Counted from the stretch's first letter, positions 13,289 through 25,637 are shown. The stretch: DNA of 64,000 nt from Puccinia triticina (GCA_026914245.1 CP110439.1:7564001-7628000); one strand, 5' to 3'. Made by a program: numbers and translations. The notes: generated from the sequence alone by a model not told the origin.

Positions 13289-13897
13289 CTAGGGTTTCCA
13301 CATCGGAAAACACTCGAGTAAGGCTTTACTATGCCGGTTTTCTGCATGCTCTTTCAGACTAAATCCCAGACCAGAAAAATAAACATCTCAATCTCAGCCT
13401 TACAATCTCTTGACTGGACGGTAAATATCAAGTTTTTTCGGAGCTCAAAAAACACAGATATACTCACGCAGGTTCTCGACTGGTTTGTAGAAACGTTTGG
13501 AAACAGACCTTGCATTGAATGTTCTTCGCGGCTTCATTCTAAATTCCGAACAAGAAGAAGGGGTGGATCCGTCAGAAACCCGAAGTCCTACGTAATTTTT
13601 GTTCATAAAAAAGCTGTGGATTAAGTAGAAAGATAGGATCACTGACCACTTTGAGCTGAGACTTGGCCGTGGCACCAGTAGCTTTCGCATTCCGTTCACG
13701 TTTCTGAGCTGCTTTGGCACCCTGGTAGGTGTGTAGATAACGATAGTTGAGGCGTCCGAAACGGTTTGTAATGAAAAGGTGTTCCGCATTTATGCGTGAT
13801 TTTTGAGTGTTCGAAACAATAGACCAGCGAGATCAGCGAGTGCTTCGGTGCGACAAAGGATGGGACGATCAGCCGAACATACGTTACCACCACCCAT
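13289..13897 (-). CDS. At2g23090/ZNF706-like small C2H2 zinc-finger protein (4F5 + zf-met2), 76 aa, 4 exons
   Basis: Exons 13897-13883, 13721-13647, 13538-13468, 13358-13289 with GT-AG introns give MGGGNGAKAAQKRERNAKATGATAKSQLKVNEAAKNIQCKVCFQTFLQTSREPALKEHAENRHSKALLECFPMWKP. Confidence 0.9.
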
Positions 13898-14228
13898 TAT
13901 TGAGGAATAAAACGTGTGGAGAGGCGGGGTTTGCGAGAAAAAGAGTTGATGTTTCGAATCGAGAAGGAGGGAGGACGGGATAAACTAAGTGGAAGTGAAT
14001 CGAGATTCTACGCGGCGGAGAAACTTAATCGAGTGTCCGGAGTGGAGCTGAGAATGTTCTTGGCAGCGATAAGCAAGCGAAACTCGGGGGCTGGGAAACC
14101 CCGACAAAAGCTCCGCTCCGACCCGCTCCGAGCTCTCGTGGGTCGCAGGGTGTGGGAAGAATATTTCGTCCTCGACAGCAGCCCTCGAGACAAGAGATCT
14201 CAAAAGCAGGTAAAAAGAGCAGAGAAAT
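13898..14228. promoter_or_regulatory. Putative bidirectional promoter region (331 bp) between the zinc-finger gene and HUB1
   Basis: Divergent ATGs at 13897 and 14229; CpG-rich and TE-free. Confidence 0.55.
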
Positions 14229-15103
14229 ATGTCGGCCGACAACTCAGCCAAACGAGTCGACAACAATGCAACGGCTACCGGGATGATTGAGGTACCGTCG
14301 CTCCCCACTTCTTGAAACTATCTATTCGTCGTGTCTGATTGCTTCAAGTCGCACGCTTCTTGTTCGACTGAAACTATGCAGGTCATAGCTAACGATCGTC
14401 TCGGTACCAGAGGTCGGTTTCTTTCGCCGTTCTCCTGATACAACCACGGGCTCAAGCTAATCTTTGGTCTCGTTTTACAAAAAAAAACTTGCCAAACATA
14501 AGTGAGGGTCAAATGCAGGTAAGAATATCCCTCCTATCTCAGGCCTATTTCTTTGCCTTCAAATGATAAATCATCAATCTGACCCTGCCCCCCCCCCAAA
14601 AAAAAAAAATGCTACATGGTCATCTTTGAAAATGAATTAATGAATGGACGACTGGAACAAAGTAAAGAAGACACAGTAGGAGATTTGAAGAAATTAATTG
14701 CTGCTCAAACCGGTACCCGATTTGAAAAAGTAAACAAGCAAAAACCTCCCTCATAATCATTGAACCAAAAGATATATGTTTTCTGACCTAGTCCACTAAT
14801 ATTATCTCATTTTTGTGCCATTTTCTGTTCTTAGATTCGACTCAAAAGGGCGTCAGTTATCGCATTTACATTATTGAGCCACCGCCGTCCTAAAGTAGAG
14901 GGTTCTTCAGCAAGACTGATTTGATTTGCGACTCATTTTATATTTGCCAATACAGTAACAGGGAATTCAAGAACCATATCACGCTGTATGATTATGAAAT
15001 TAACGACGGGTATGTCGATCCTTTGGAGCCCAAATTGATCAAGCTGATCGGGTGTTTTCTTTTCTTACTTCTGGATCACAGAACGTGTCTTGACCTATAC
15101 TAG
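14229..15103 (+). CDS. HUB1: Ubiquitin-like protein Hub1/UBL5, 7 exons
   Basis: Exons 14229-14291, 14382-14412, 14503-14518, 14663-14729, 14835-14851, 14956-15009, 15082-15103 give ([18 protein letters not shown])[71 protein letters not shown]. Confidence 0.93.
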
Positions 15104-15372
15104 TTCCTCTCCTTATGTGGATACACTCTCAATCTTCCTCCAATTCCCCTCCCCAATGTACACATTATATGCTTGTCAAGCATAACTGATATCCTTTCCC
15201 CAGCATAAATCATTGTGTGTGGTATACAGCTGCTAAGACTAGCCAATACAAGCGTTTTTTATTCCTCTGTTTTAAATCCAGATTCGATACAAATGAAAAA
15301 GAGCAAGGTTGATACGCTTGAGAAACCAAGGGAGCCTGGGGACATTTTCAGAGGGAAGCATAGCCGAAGGAT

Positions 15373-16927
15373 TTAGCGTTTGAGGGCCTTGGAGGTAGAA
15401 GAGGGGAACAGAAGCCAGGAGACCCAGATAGCGTCCATTCCGGTGGACGAGGGTAAATGTCGGTCAGTAGCCGGCTGGGAGTCGTTCGAGAGTAGCCAGC
15501 CGTCCTCGTCGGAGAAGGCGAGGAGGAGATCGATGAGTCGGCCGGCACAGAGCCGGTCGAGCCCTGTGTCGCATAGCCACAGATCGCGCAGTCTGACCCG
15601 AGCGCTCCCCTGGGCTACGAGGTATTGCTTAACGTGGTCAAGGATCGCGCTCCTTGGCGAAAGCTTGTCGACCGAGTCATCCGCCCCAAATTCTTCCACG
15701 GCTATCAGTTTGTGGGCCGGCTTTGGGGGATCTACGTCTGGCACTTTCTCCTTCTCATTGTCCACATTCCTTGGTTGATCTCGCCTCTTGAAGACCACGC
15801 ATTGGGTGGCAAAGAATCCTTCGGGCGACTCTGGCACGGGGAGTTTCGATTTTGGCGGAAGAGGCTGTGTCTCAGGATCGATCGAGTTGATAGATTGGAT
15901 GAAGTAGTTGACATAAGAGCCGCACCCGGAGAGTTCATAATCGTAACCATAAGTTGAGCCGATAGTTTCGCACCAAGTTTTGAATTCATCCCGGGTCCAT
16001 TCAAACTTGTGGTCATCGTCACGGAAGTAGCGGTCGGTAGCCCCGGTGGGGTCGAGGAAACGATGGTGGCTTCTGGTCTCCGCTGAAGAGTATTGGTCGA
16101 TGTATTGGTTGAACTCGTGGTTGGGTGTGGTGATGACGATCCACTGGGGTTGGTAGCTCCCAAAGAGTAGGGGGATGGATTGCTCGAGTTGATGGGGAAA
16201 GAGATGCTCGATCACCTCGCTCATCACCACACACTCCAAGCCTTTGAATCGCTCGTTGTTCACCGCCAGGTCGCCAGACCATAGCTCCACCCTGAGAGGC
16301 TCCCAGCGCGAATGGGGGTTGAGCACATCTGGCTGAGCTTTTTGGTTGGTGAGCTTGAGCGTCTCTTGGACTCGCTCGAGTCTCTCTTCGTCCAGATCGA
16401 CGCCGATGAGAAGCTCGAGGTGAAGGTCTCGCTGGTAGTAGTCCAGCTCGGGTGTCGCTTTGACGACCTCCTCAATCCTCGCCAGCCGTTCCTTTCTTAC
16501 CGGATCATCCACTCTGCTTTGTTCGGCCTGGAGATATTCGACGTCCGAGGAAGATGGGAATTCTCCGAGAGAGTTGGCCGCGTTCGTCAATAATCCGAGA
16601 AGTGTGCCTTCTCCACAGCCGAGCTCCAACACCTGGATGAAGTCAACAAGCGAGACGAATGCTTCGAATCAGACATATAATTTCCACGTCTATTTCATTT
16701 CTGGGGTCGATATTTAGACATGTTGCTTACAGTTCGAATCCTTTGGCGTTTCAAGAATCCTAGGCAGAAGGAACGGCGTTGGGTAACCAATGAGGGGAAG
16801 AAATAGAAGGGCGATTGGAAGGTATCCGTTGTTGCTTGAGACTACAGAGGGTATTAACACGCTCTCAGCAGCCGAGTCCAATGCCGATAGACTATTGTGT
16901 TAAGTGACTGACCGTGTTATTGGCCAT
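15373..16927 (-). CDS. HEN1: HEN1/HENMT1-type small RNA 2'-O-methyltransferase, ~461 aa, 3 exons
   Basis: Exons 16927-16913, 16841-16731, 16632-15373. Motifs: FFPSLVTQRR, VLELGCGEG, GVDLD, SEVIEHL, ITTPNHEFN, FRDDDHKFEWTRDEF. Confidence 0.92.
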
Positions 16928-17654
16928 GCTGATGGCTCAGCTCGTATCCCTCCGCGCTTTCTGGGTCAGCTTCACCTCTTGGAATATCTAACCTGTTGCC
17001 GTGGGTTGAGCTGCGTGGTGACTTGGTCCAAGCCGACCCCGTCTGTAAAGATACTTATCTCGCCGGCTCTGGCGGGTCCCAACTCCGCCGAATCACCCCA
17101 CTTTGTCTCGAGTGAACCTTAAAATAACTCCGACTCCGAATCGGAGAATCCACCTGAATCCACACAACTGCACTTCTTGCCAACTGAACGTGAGGATAAT
17201 ATGTAACATTTCAGGCTCCGAGCCACTCCGAGAGTACAATCATAAGAAAGGCGTGGAAGAGAATCAAGAGACAGCAGACCAGGAGAACAAGGGATATTCA
17301 AGTACACTCTATATAATAGGTGTGTTTATATAGATTTTTAGTTGTGTAATGCTCAAGGTTTCAGCCCCACATATACAAATAATGATAACATGGGACAAAA
17401 AACAGTTTTTCAAGATCGTGATTCCATATTGGTATCTGCATTCTACTCCTTCCTGTTCATACGTAGATGTAAAAAAAGAGTAGAAATATAGGGGTTTTTT
17501 GGCTTATATATTTTCCAAATGTTTTGATGTTTAGATATATGTTGATTTTTTCCAGGCTTTTTTGGGGATATGAGAAGTGAGAGAGAAGGAAGAGATTGGG
17601 GGAAGAAAAGGAAATGAAACTCGGCTTGAGAGCTGTTTTTTTGGGGGGAGTGAG

Positions 17655-19474
17655 TTAGTACCTAGCGGGGCCGATGTCGGCGGAAGGGCGACGAGTGAGC
17701 GAGCCCGGGATGGGAGGAGGGCCGACGGCGTAGACGGGATGGCCGATGGGCGGGGGTCTAGAAGCGTGTGCGAGCTCGGACGGATAATCGAATCTGGAGC
17801 TGGGCCTTCTCTGGAGTCTGTGGGCATCGGTGGGGTAGCCGTCGGGACCAGCCATGCTGTTCCGGGCGCGAGACAAAGAGCCTTGGCGGCCGTGGCCAGA
17901 GATCATCTCGCCATGAGCCATCCGGCCCATCATCGCGCCATATCCGCCCTGGACGAGTCCCGCTGGCGGGTCTCCCTGTCGGATATGCGGATGCTGGTAT
18001 CCCGGCTGGTAGTGCTCCATGTTCGGCTCATAGCCTTCCCGTCCACTGTATTCTTCTTCACCTCCTCCGCCATGGTAAGCTGGCGGCGGGTCCCAATCTT
18101 CCCCGTTCTGGTCAGTCCACGAGAAAAAGAGACAGTGATCAGAACGAAAGCTCAGGATACCCTGAAGGAGAAAAAAAAAAGCAAGCACGTACTCCGCGCA
18201 CGTTCCCGTTCCGGGGTGAATATCGACTACTGCCACCAGAACGACCGCCCATCCGAATGTCTTGAGCGTTTTCGTTGACCTCGAGTCTACCGTTGGCCAT
18301 ATTCATCTGTTTCTCCATCCGCTTACCGGCCCAAGAGCCGTCTTCAGTCCGACCCATGACCATCTTCGACTGGCGCATACGCATCGAACAGTTCTGGCCG
18401 CCATCCATCCGGGCTAGTTCGGCCGGATCCGGGCCGGCCATGCTAAGCCCTTTGAAGGCCGTCGACATCATCCGGTCGAACCCTGAGCTCATCTCGTTCA
18501 TCATCGAATTCCCCGCCGCGAATCGATCCTTACCGCCCCCAAAAAAATCATCATCGCCTAGGCCGAAGTCCCACTCTTTACTCCCTCCTCCATTTCCCGG
18601 GAGATCATAGAGTTGTTGGGGTCGATGACGATGATCGGGGTATTCCGGCTGTCGAGCATACTGCTTTGGTCCGAGTGGATGATCATAATAGTCGCTGATC
18701 GGTGCCCGACTGTTCGATAGATCGCCACGGCCGCTGGGATGTGAGAAGGACGAGCGCCGACTGGATGAGTGGTGGGGTCGTCCAGAATAATGGGTACTAC
18801 TCGGGTAGTCGCCTACGGGGTCACTGACCTCGGCAGTACTACTAGGTGGAGGGAGCCGTGATGGATGGCGGGAGTTGCCGGATGGCTCGTGATCAGATTC
18901 TTCTGAAGAGTATTGTTCCTCGGGTTGGATAGCTTCTTTGGGTTGTGATTTGGTGACTGTTCGGGGGGCTTGTAAAGCTTTCTCAGATCTGGCAGCTGGC
19001 TCGGCTCTAGCAGAGATGGCTTTCTGCGATTGGGGAGATTGAGTGATCGCTTTGGTGGATGGGCTACGGACCAAGGCTGACGAGGAGTTGTGACTAGGGG
19101 CAGGTTTGATGACCGGGGCGGTAGTCGTGCCAACAGCGGAAGTCGGCTTCCTATTGGAACCACCGCTCTTTTGGGAGTCAGCATGTTTGAGTCCCGCTGG
19201 ATCGATCGGACGCCCGAGATCCTGACAGATCTGCTGGAAAGCTTGAGCGATAACCCTGAATCGTCTGGCAGCCTCTTCCTTCCTTGCGGGTGGTTGCCGG
19301 TCGGGATGATGCATCAAGGCCTAAGACACGCCATTTTATACGGTCAGATCAGCCTTGTGCAGAGGGAAAGAAGGATATCAAGGTGATACTGACAGCTTGT
19401 CGATAGGCCGCCTTAGCCTCATCGTAAGTGCAATCTGAGTATACATTCAGTATGCTGTATGGGTCCTCAACCAT
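17655..19474 (-). CDS. J-domain (DnaJ type III) protein with long disordered C-terminus, 3 exons
   Basis: Exons 19474-19394, 19320-18193, 18107-17655: MVEDPYSILNV..AKAAYRQAALMHHPDRQ..FRVIAQAFQQI (HPD motif). Confidence 0.88.
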
Positions 19475-19924
19475 GATGAAAGAGGGTGAGAGCTCTAGCG
19501 CTTGAACGGCTCAACGGTGGCTGGCTGGCTCTGGTCTGAGTCAAGTCGTCGGTGTTGCTCTCCAAGAGAAACACAAGCGAGGACAGAAGGGGAATGAGGC
19601 CAAGGTCAAGTGAACACACTCGGGGGAAGTTGATGAAGATGACGCCAATGCCGGGCTGCCGGTCATGTGAGGGCAGTGCATGAAAATCTGTACGTAATAT
19701 AACGATCTGCCTGTAATTACCGATATTTGCATAAAACCCAAGCAAACGGACTCCGGCGGCTTAAAACATGTCACAGTCATACATATGCATTCAAGAGCTT
19801 AAACCACCATTGGTCTTGGAACATGGGCAATGCCAACACTGCTTGCGCAACGAACTTAGCACAAGTTCCTCGCCTGCCGGGGGGCGCGGCGCGAAGCGCC
19901 TCGCACGAAGTGCCACCTCCCGTC

Positions 19925-22900
19925 TCTTGTGCTTGTGCTTTGGGATGTCTGGGATGCCGGTGAAGAGAAGCAAAAGAGAGTAATTTTGATTTTGTCATCC
20001 CAGATCTAAAACAGAAAGAAAAGGAAAAAAAAAAAAAGAAAATCAACGAGAATGTGAAACATATCGGGGCTTACCTGGGATGCCGGTGAAGAGAAGCAAA
20101 AGAGAGTGAGGAAAGGAGAGTTCACCGGCACCCAGGGTAGGAGTCTTTTTAGAGAATCTGAGAACAGGATATAAACATAAACTAAGTACATATGCTAATG
20201 CTGAAACATAACACCACAACAGCCACCCCCTCAAAAAGACTCCAACAACTGGTCAAAAATTTGAGCAGAGAGAGAAGAAAAAAAAAGGAAAACAGAATAC
20301 AAAACTAAGAAAAAGATAGACACAAAAATAAAGGGTCAAGCAAGGAAGAAAATTCAGGAGTGGAAGGTGGAGAGAAAAAAAAATGTCCGAATGATTGCCA
20401 AAATTTGAACCGCTGCTGTCGAGTGCAAAGAAAAGAAACAAATGTGTTGCTATCTTAATCACACAACAATTGATATGGGTGAGACGGACAATTGCGGGGG
20501 GCACATGTGTCTCGCAGCTAGCGCATGTTGTCCCCCCTGGTACTTGCCATCACGTATGTCACTCATCCTGGAGATGACATTTTGAGGCTGGCTAAGATCC
20601 TCTCAAAAGGCATTGGGCCTAGCGCCTTTGTCATGATGTTGGCCAATTGAGCATTGGTTGGAACCCATTCGATTGCAAGTCTCTTGCGGTGGAGTTGTTC
20701 ATTGACATAGAAAACCTTGCGCTCCGAGTGTCTGGTGCGCTTGTTTGCTGTGTTGTCCTTTGAGATTTTGACTGCAGCATCATTGTTGCACATGAGTTTT
20801 GGGGTGATAATTTGATTGGTCATGTCAAAAAATAGCTCTTTGAGCCACACTGAGTGCCGCAAAGCCCATCCTAGAGCCATGAACTCCGCATGACACGTCG
20901 ACGTAGCTACTGACGGTTGGCGTTTGCTGGCCCACAGTATTGGCACTCCAAAGAGCGTTGTGACAGATCCGTGGGTTGAACATGTGAACTCTCCACCCCG
21001 GTTGGCATCAACCCATGTGAGCATATCATGGTCATTGGTTTTTGGTTCGATGATCAGTTTGCGACACCCAAACGCTTTGATGTACCCAAGAGTGTGTTGT
21101 ACCGCCGACCAGTGCCGTTTGGTGGGTGATTTGGCAAAGCGCGCCAGAAAACCAACAGCAAACGCTAAGTCTGGGCGAGTGGCTACTGCGAGGTAGTTTA
21201 GATATCCAACGATGGAGAGATAACCATTAGAGTTGATGACTTCTTCGCCAGATTGGGTGGAAGTAATGGAGTTGGTGTTTTTTAATGGAACCGCTCAAGG
21301 AAGAGTTGCTTCAGTGGTAAAGGTTTCCAAGATTTTGCGCGTGAGGAAGGGTTGCAAGAGGATAATTTTTGAGGGGCTGGGCCGATCAACCTTGATTCCC
21401 ACGATTGTGTGTAATGAACCTTCCCAGGTGGTTCGGAGTTTGGATTCAAGAGCTGAGCGAAACTCTTGCATTGTGCCAGGGGAGGAGGCCGTGACCACGC
21501 CGTCGTCCACGTGAATCCACACCAGCAAGGTTTCTCCACCGCGATGCATATGTTAGAAGGAGTCGTCATAGAAGCTGACGTGGAAGCCAATACCTTCCAT
21601 GACCTGCACAAAATGCTTCCACCAACAGCGACCCCCTTGCTTAGTGCCATAGAGTCCCTTATCAAGCTTGAGGGACTTGCCTTTATGTTCCTCAGGTACA
21701 AACATCCCATCCGGAACCTTGACCCACACGTCTTCATCAATTTCGCCATGTAGATACGCTGCGGTGATGTCAAAAGACTCGATCACCCAACGATTTGATG
21801 TTGCCACTACAAAGAGCATGCAGAGGGACGCGAATGTCGTTGTTGGAGCCCAGGTGTCGTGGTAATCTTGGCCAAAAATCTGGCTGAACCCACGGACAAT
21901 GTATCGTGCTTTGTATTTCTTGATTGAGCCGTCCTGGTTGCGCTTTATGTCGAAGAGCCACCTGGCGTCCGTTTCCTTTCGTCCCGCTGGCACGTGTTTG
22001 AAATGCCACACCGACATGTCCCAGATGTTTGCAAGTTCAGTCTTGACGGCTGCCGCCCATCAATCGCCATCCTTTCTGGCTACTGCACAGGCATAATTTC
22101 TTGGAAGGAGCTGGCTCCTTGTGACAGCTGACAGTCCCATGCTTCAGGTGATTGACTAGCTAGAGTGGTCTCAGCAGTATTTGAACCAAGAACAAGTGCT
22201 GAATTAAAAATCATGGGGGCGACATCTTCAGTGTTGAGCAACTTGTCTACCGGACGCCGAACAGGTGCGATATCCGGTGCCGAGGCTAGTTTGTCATTGT
22301 GTTGAGGAACCTGGTAATTGTTGTCCCCGTTGTTGAGAATCTTATTGAGAGATGATGATAAAGTCAGTTTGGGCTTGATTGGTTCTGGAGGGTTCACAGA
22401 GGTTTGATTGGAGTATGGAAAAGTCGCAATGGATGACTCAAAGAAGGAATTATTTGTCGGCACCCAAAAGATACATCCCTTGCCTCCTTGGACATAGCCC
22501 ACAAGGTTTCAACGCCAGGCACGTTGATCAGTCTTCCCTGTGCGATAAACATCTGGTTTGTGTACAAAAGCCACCTCGCCGAAGGCCCGGAGCCGATCCA
22601 AGAGGGGTTTCTTGTTAAACATAAGTTCAATGGGTGTTTTATCACCCGTCAGCGAGTTGATCAACCGGTTGTGGGTGAAGTAGCCCCACAAGTAAGCAAA
22701 CCCCCAAAATTTGGTGGGTAATCCCGAAGACACTAGTGCCGTGCGCGCCATTTCACCAACAGTCCGATGGAGTTGCTCTGCTGCTCCGTTCTGTTCTGGC
22801 TCGTAGGGCATTGAGTGCTGGTGTTTGATACCTTTATCCTTCAGCCACGAAAGAAAAGCTTTTGAGGTGAATTCGCCGCCGCCTTCCGTTTGAAATCGTT

Positions 22901-24624
22901 TGAGTTTCCTTCCGGTAAGTCTCTCCATCTGCTCGATGTACCGCTTGAAATTCAAGCACACTTTGCTTTTAGCTTTCAGCAAGAATCCCTTGGAATAGGT
23001 GCTAGCAAGATCCCGAAAGACAACAAGATATTTAACGCCGTTGAATCCTTCAATGAATGGGCCCAGCACATCAGAAACAATGACGTCCATCGGCTGCAGC
23101 TTGGATTCTTCGGAAAGCCGTTGACCCCTGTTGCGTTTACTTTTGCTCACCAGACAGTCCTCACAGACAAAGTCTTTATTGGTTAACTTATCTGGTAGCC
23201 CTAGTAGGCTGCCCAGCGCACACATACGAATTATCCGCTTGAGACTAACGTGGCCAAGCCGGCGATGCCACATCAGTGCGTCTGAGTTCTTGATTGAAAA
23301 ATCACACGCGATAATTGCATTGGGGGGAGTTGAAGGATCACAGGCTTTGGAAGTGGGGGTACAAAAACGGCAGGGGAAGGCGATAACCGAGAAAATACTG
23401 GGACCTGCCACCAACGGTGAATTGGATAAGATCAAAAGCTGAAACCATTGGGGAAATGGACTGACGCAATGCCTTGATCAGATATGCACAATTGACCGCC
23501 ACCTAGTCGGAGAGTTCCGGCTGAGAGAAGGGTACATGTTGCAGTTGGACAGTAGTAGACGTTGTTGAGTGTGATTGATCCTAACTGATTCCAGAGCTTC
23601 ATCTTCCCAAACACAGTGATACACGATTCTGGTCCGTGAGTCGCAACTGTTAGAGGAATGGGGTTAGACAGAGTAGTATGGTTGAAGAGCAACGATAAGT
23701 TGTTGGTGAAAGTATGGGAGGCACACGAGTCCAACCCAAAAAATCGCCCTCCCCGGTTAACAAAGCAAGCGATCTCCTCCTGCGTCACCTCAGGGTCTCG
23801 CGTGTCTGTGGAGACTGACAGAATGGTTGGACCATTAGCTGATGCAGCAGGCAAAGGTTTGAGGGCCGGAGCAGCTCGCGAAGCGGTTGAACAAATGGCT
23901 TGAGTTTTGGTAGAATGCGCATTGGAAGACAACATGATGATGATCGCCGTGTCAGTTCCAGTTCCGTTGGAGGTGAGGAGGTCACGACGACCTGGAATAG
24001 AAGTTAAGGATGTGAGAGCGGATTGAGGTGTGCTTTGGCCTTGCAAAATCGGTCCCGCAGTTAAGGTAGACCGGTTGTGACACAAGCCAGCAACAGATGA
24101 CTGAGAGAGAAAAAATTTGGAGTGGAGCGGTACATTGATATGGTGAATTTGATCCCGCAGTGAAGGTGGATCGTGTTTGTTCGCCGTTATCGCAAGTTGA
24201 GGCTTGATGGATCCGTCAAAAGATTGACTGCTGAAAAGGTGTTGATGATAGATGTAGTGTTATTGCTTGCAAGTGGACTCTCAAAAAAAAATGCACCGTG
24301 ACCTGATTAGCAAGAATGAGGGCTCATAGCCTCTTGTGCTCGTGCTTTGGGATGTCTGGGATGCCGGTGAAGAGAAGCAAAAGAGAGTAATTTTGATTTC
24401 TTCATCCCAGATCTAAAACAGAAAGAAAAGGAAAAAAAAAGAAAATCAATGAGAATGTGAAACATATTGGGGCGTACCTGGGACGCTGGTGAAGAGAAGC
24501 AAAAGAGATTGAGGAAAGGAGAGTTCACCGGCACCCAGGGTAGGAGTCTTTTTAGAGAATCTGAGAACAGGATATAAACATAAACTAAGTACATATGCTA
24601 ATGCTGAAACATAACACCATAACA
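19925..24624 (-). mobile_element. Ty1/Copia LTR retrotransposon, two LTRs, defective, TSD CCGTC
   Basis: LTRs 19925-20221 and 24332-24624; CCGTC at 19920-24 and 24625-29. PBS GGCTATGAGCCC follows the 5' LTR and a purine tract precedes the 3' LTR. Domain order PR (LDSCASH), IN (WHRRLGH, SDVLGP, EQNGAAE), RT (YKARYIVRGFSQ, IHVDDG), RH (ATSTCHAEF). Stops and frameshifts; gag largely missing. Confidence 0.95.
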
Positions 24625-24812
24625 CCGTCAGGGAGGGACTTGCATGGAATCCCTGATTCCTGGGGTGAGAGCCCCACGTACAGCTCTTAGTTTTTGCAGG
24701 TGTCCAACTTTGTGCCCCCAAAAACCCCACTTCCCAAAAGAACTGAGTCCCACCCCAGGTACCAAAGAAAGGCATGTTTCTCCTCTTTAATTTGGCGGAA
24801 GTCACAGGCTGA

Positions 24813-25176
24813 GAGCATCCGCATTGGTTGCAGATTAAGGGAGGATTAGCGTAAATAATCCTCCTCGGCAACCACATTGGGTCCGATTTAATCGGACTAA
24901 ACTCCTCCCAGGAGTACGATTTGGAGTAAGCGGGAGTAAAGTTACTCCTTGCTAATCCTGGGAGTAAGCGCTGCATGCATATTCACATGCATGCAGACAC
25001 TGCTCCCCACCCAAAAGTATGCACCAAACACAGCTTACATAAGCTGTAGGTGCATACCACATACTTACCCAGCTTTTTATCCCGCACCAATGCGGTTGCC
25101 GGCCGGGATTAGCGCTAATCCGGGAGTAAGCAGATCTGTTACTCCTCGAGTTACACCCGCACCAATGCGGATGCTC
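24813..25176. mobile_element. Tourist/Harbinger-like MITE (TIR GAGCATCCGCATTGGT), TSD TGA
   Basis: Perfect 16-bp TIR; TGA at 24810-12 and 25177-79. Confidence 0.85.
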
Positions 25177-25329
25177 TGATAGCACTTGGTTCATGGCCTG
25201 GAGAGCAGTTTGAAAAAGGCCTCTTTTTGAGACGCATTCCTGCTGATGTAAGCAAGAATGCAGTATTCAACTGCCTTTCAATAGTTTGAAACAGATTTTG
25301 ATACAAAGCCACATGCATTTACAACAAAA

Positions 25330-25637
25330 AGTTCTCTCAATATGGTCCGCTTTTCTCGGTGTTTGAAAACTTCAAATGCAAGGATCAGGCCTTATATTAG
25401 CAGCTACAAGGCATAAATTGCATCAGAAGAAGCGCACTCCCAAGCACTTCTTAAGTCCTGAGGGGCAGCCTCAGCGGGCTGACGGTTGAGTTACAAAAAA
25501 TGAAAAAGTGAAAAAAAGCCTGATACAGGCTGATATTCCTGGGGCTCTCAGGCCAGATACAGGTTTTTGCGGGTAAGCCTCTCTGTGAAACAGAGACCCT
25601 GCGGGGCGGCATCACTGGGAGGCTTTGTTAAGCTCGT
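25330..25637. repeat. End of a repeat family terminating GGCTTTGTTAAGCTC; inverted diverged copy at ~41285-41600
   Basis: Shared blocks AGCCTGATACAGGCTGATATTCCTGG and GTAAGCCTCTCTGTGA; the same terminus occurs at 42333-42346. Confidence 0.6.

Noticed and set aside
15373..16927. Bacterial Hen1-Pnkp RNA repair system or horizontal transfer
   Set aside because: Spliceosomal introns, no Pnkp neighbour and no bacterial Hen1 N-terminal domain.
17577..18278. 233-aa plus-strand ORF and other long antisense ORFs over HEN1, DnaJ and 62-63 kb
   Set aside because: Shadow frames of GC-rich coding sequence on the opposite strand.
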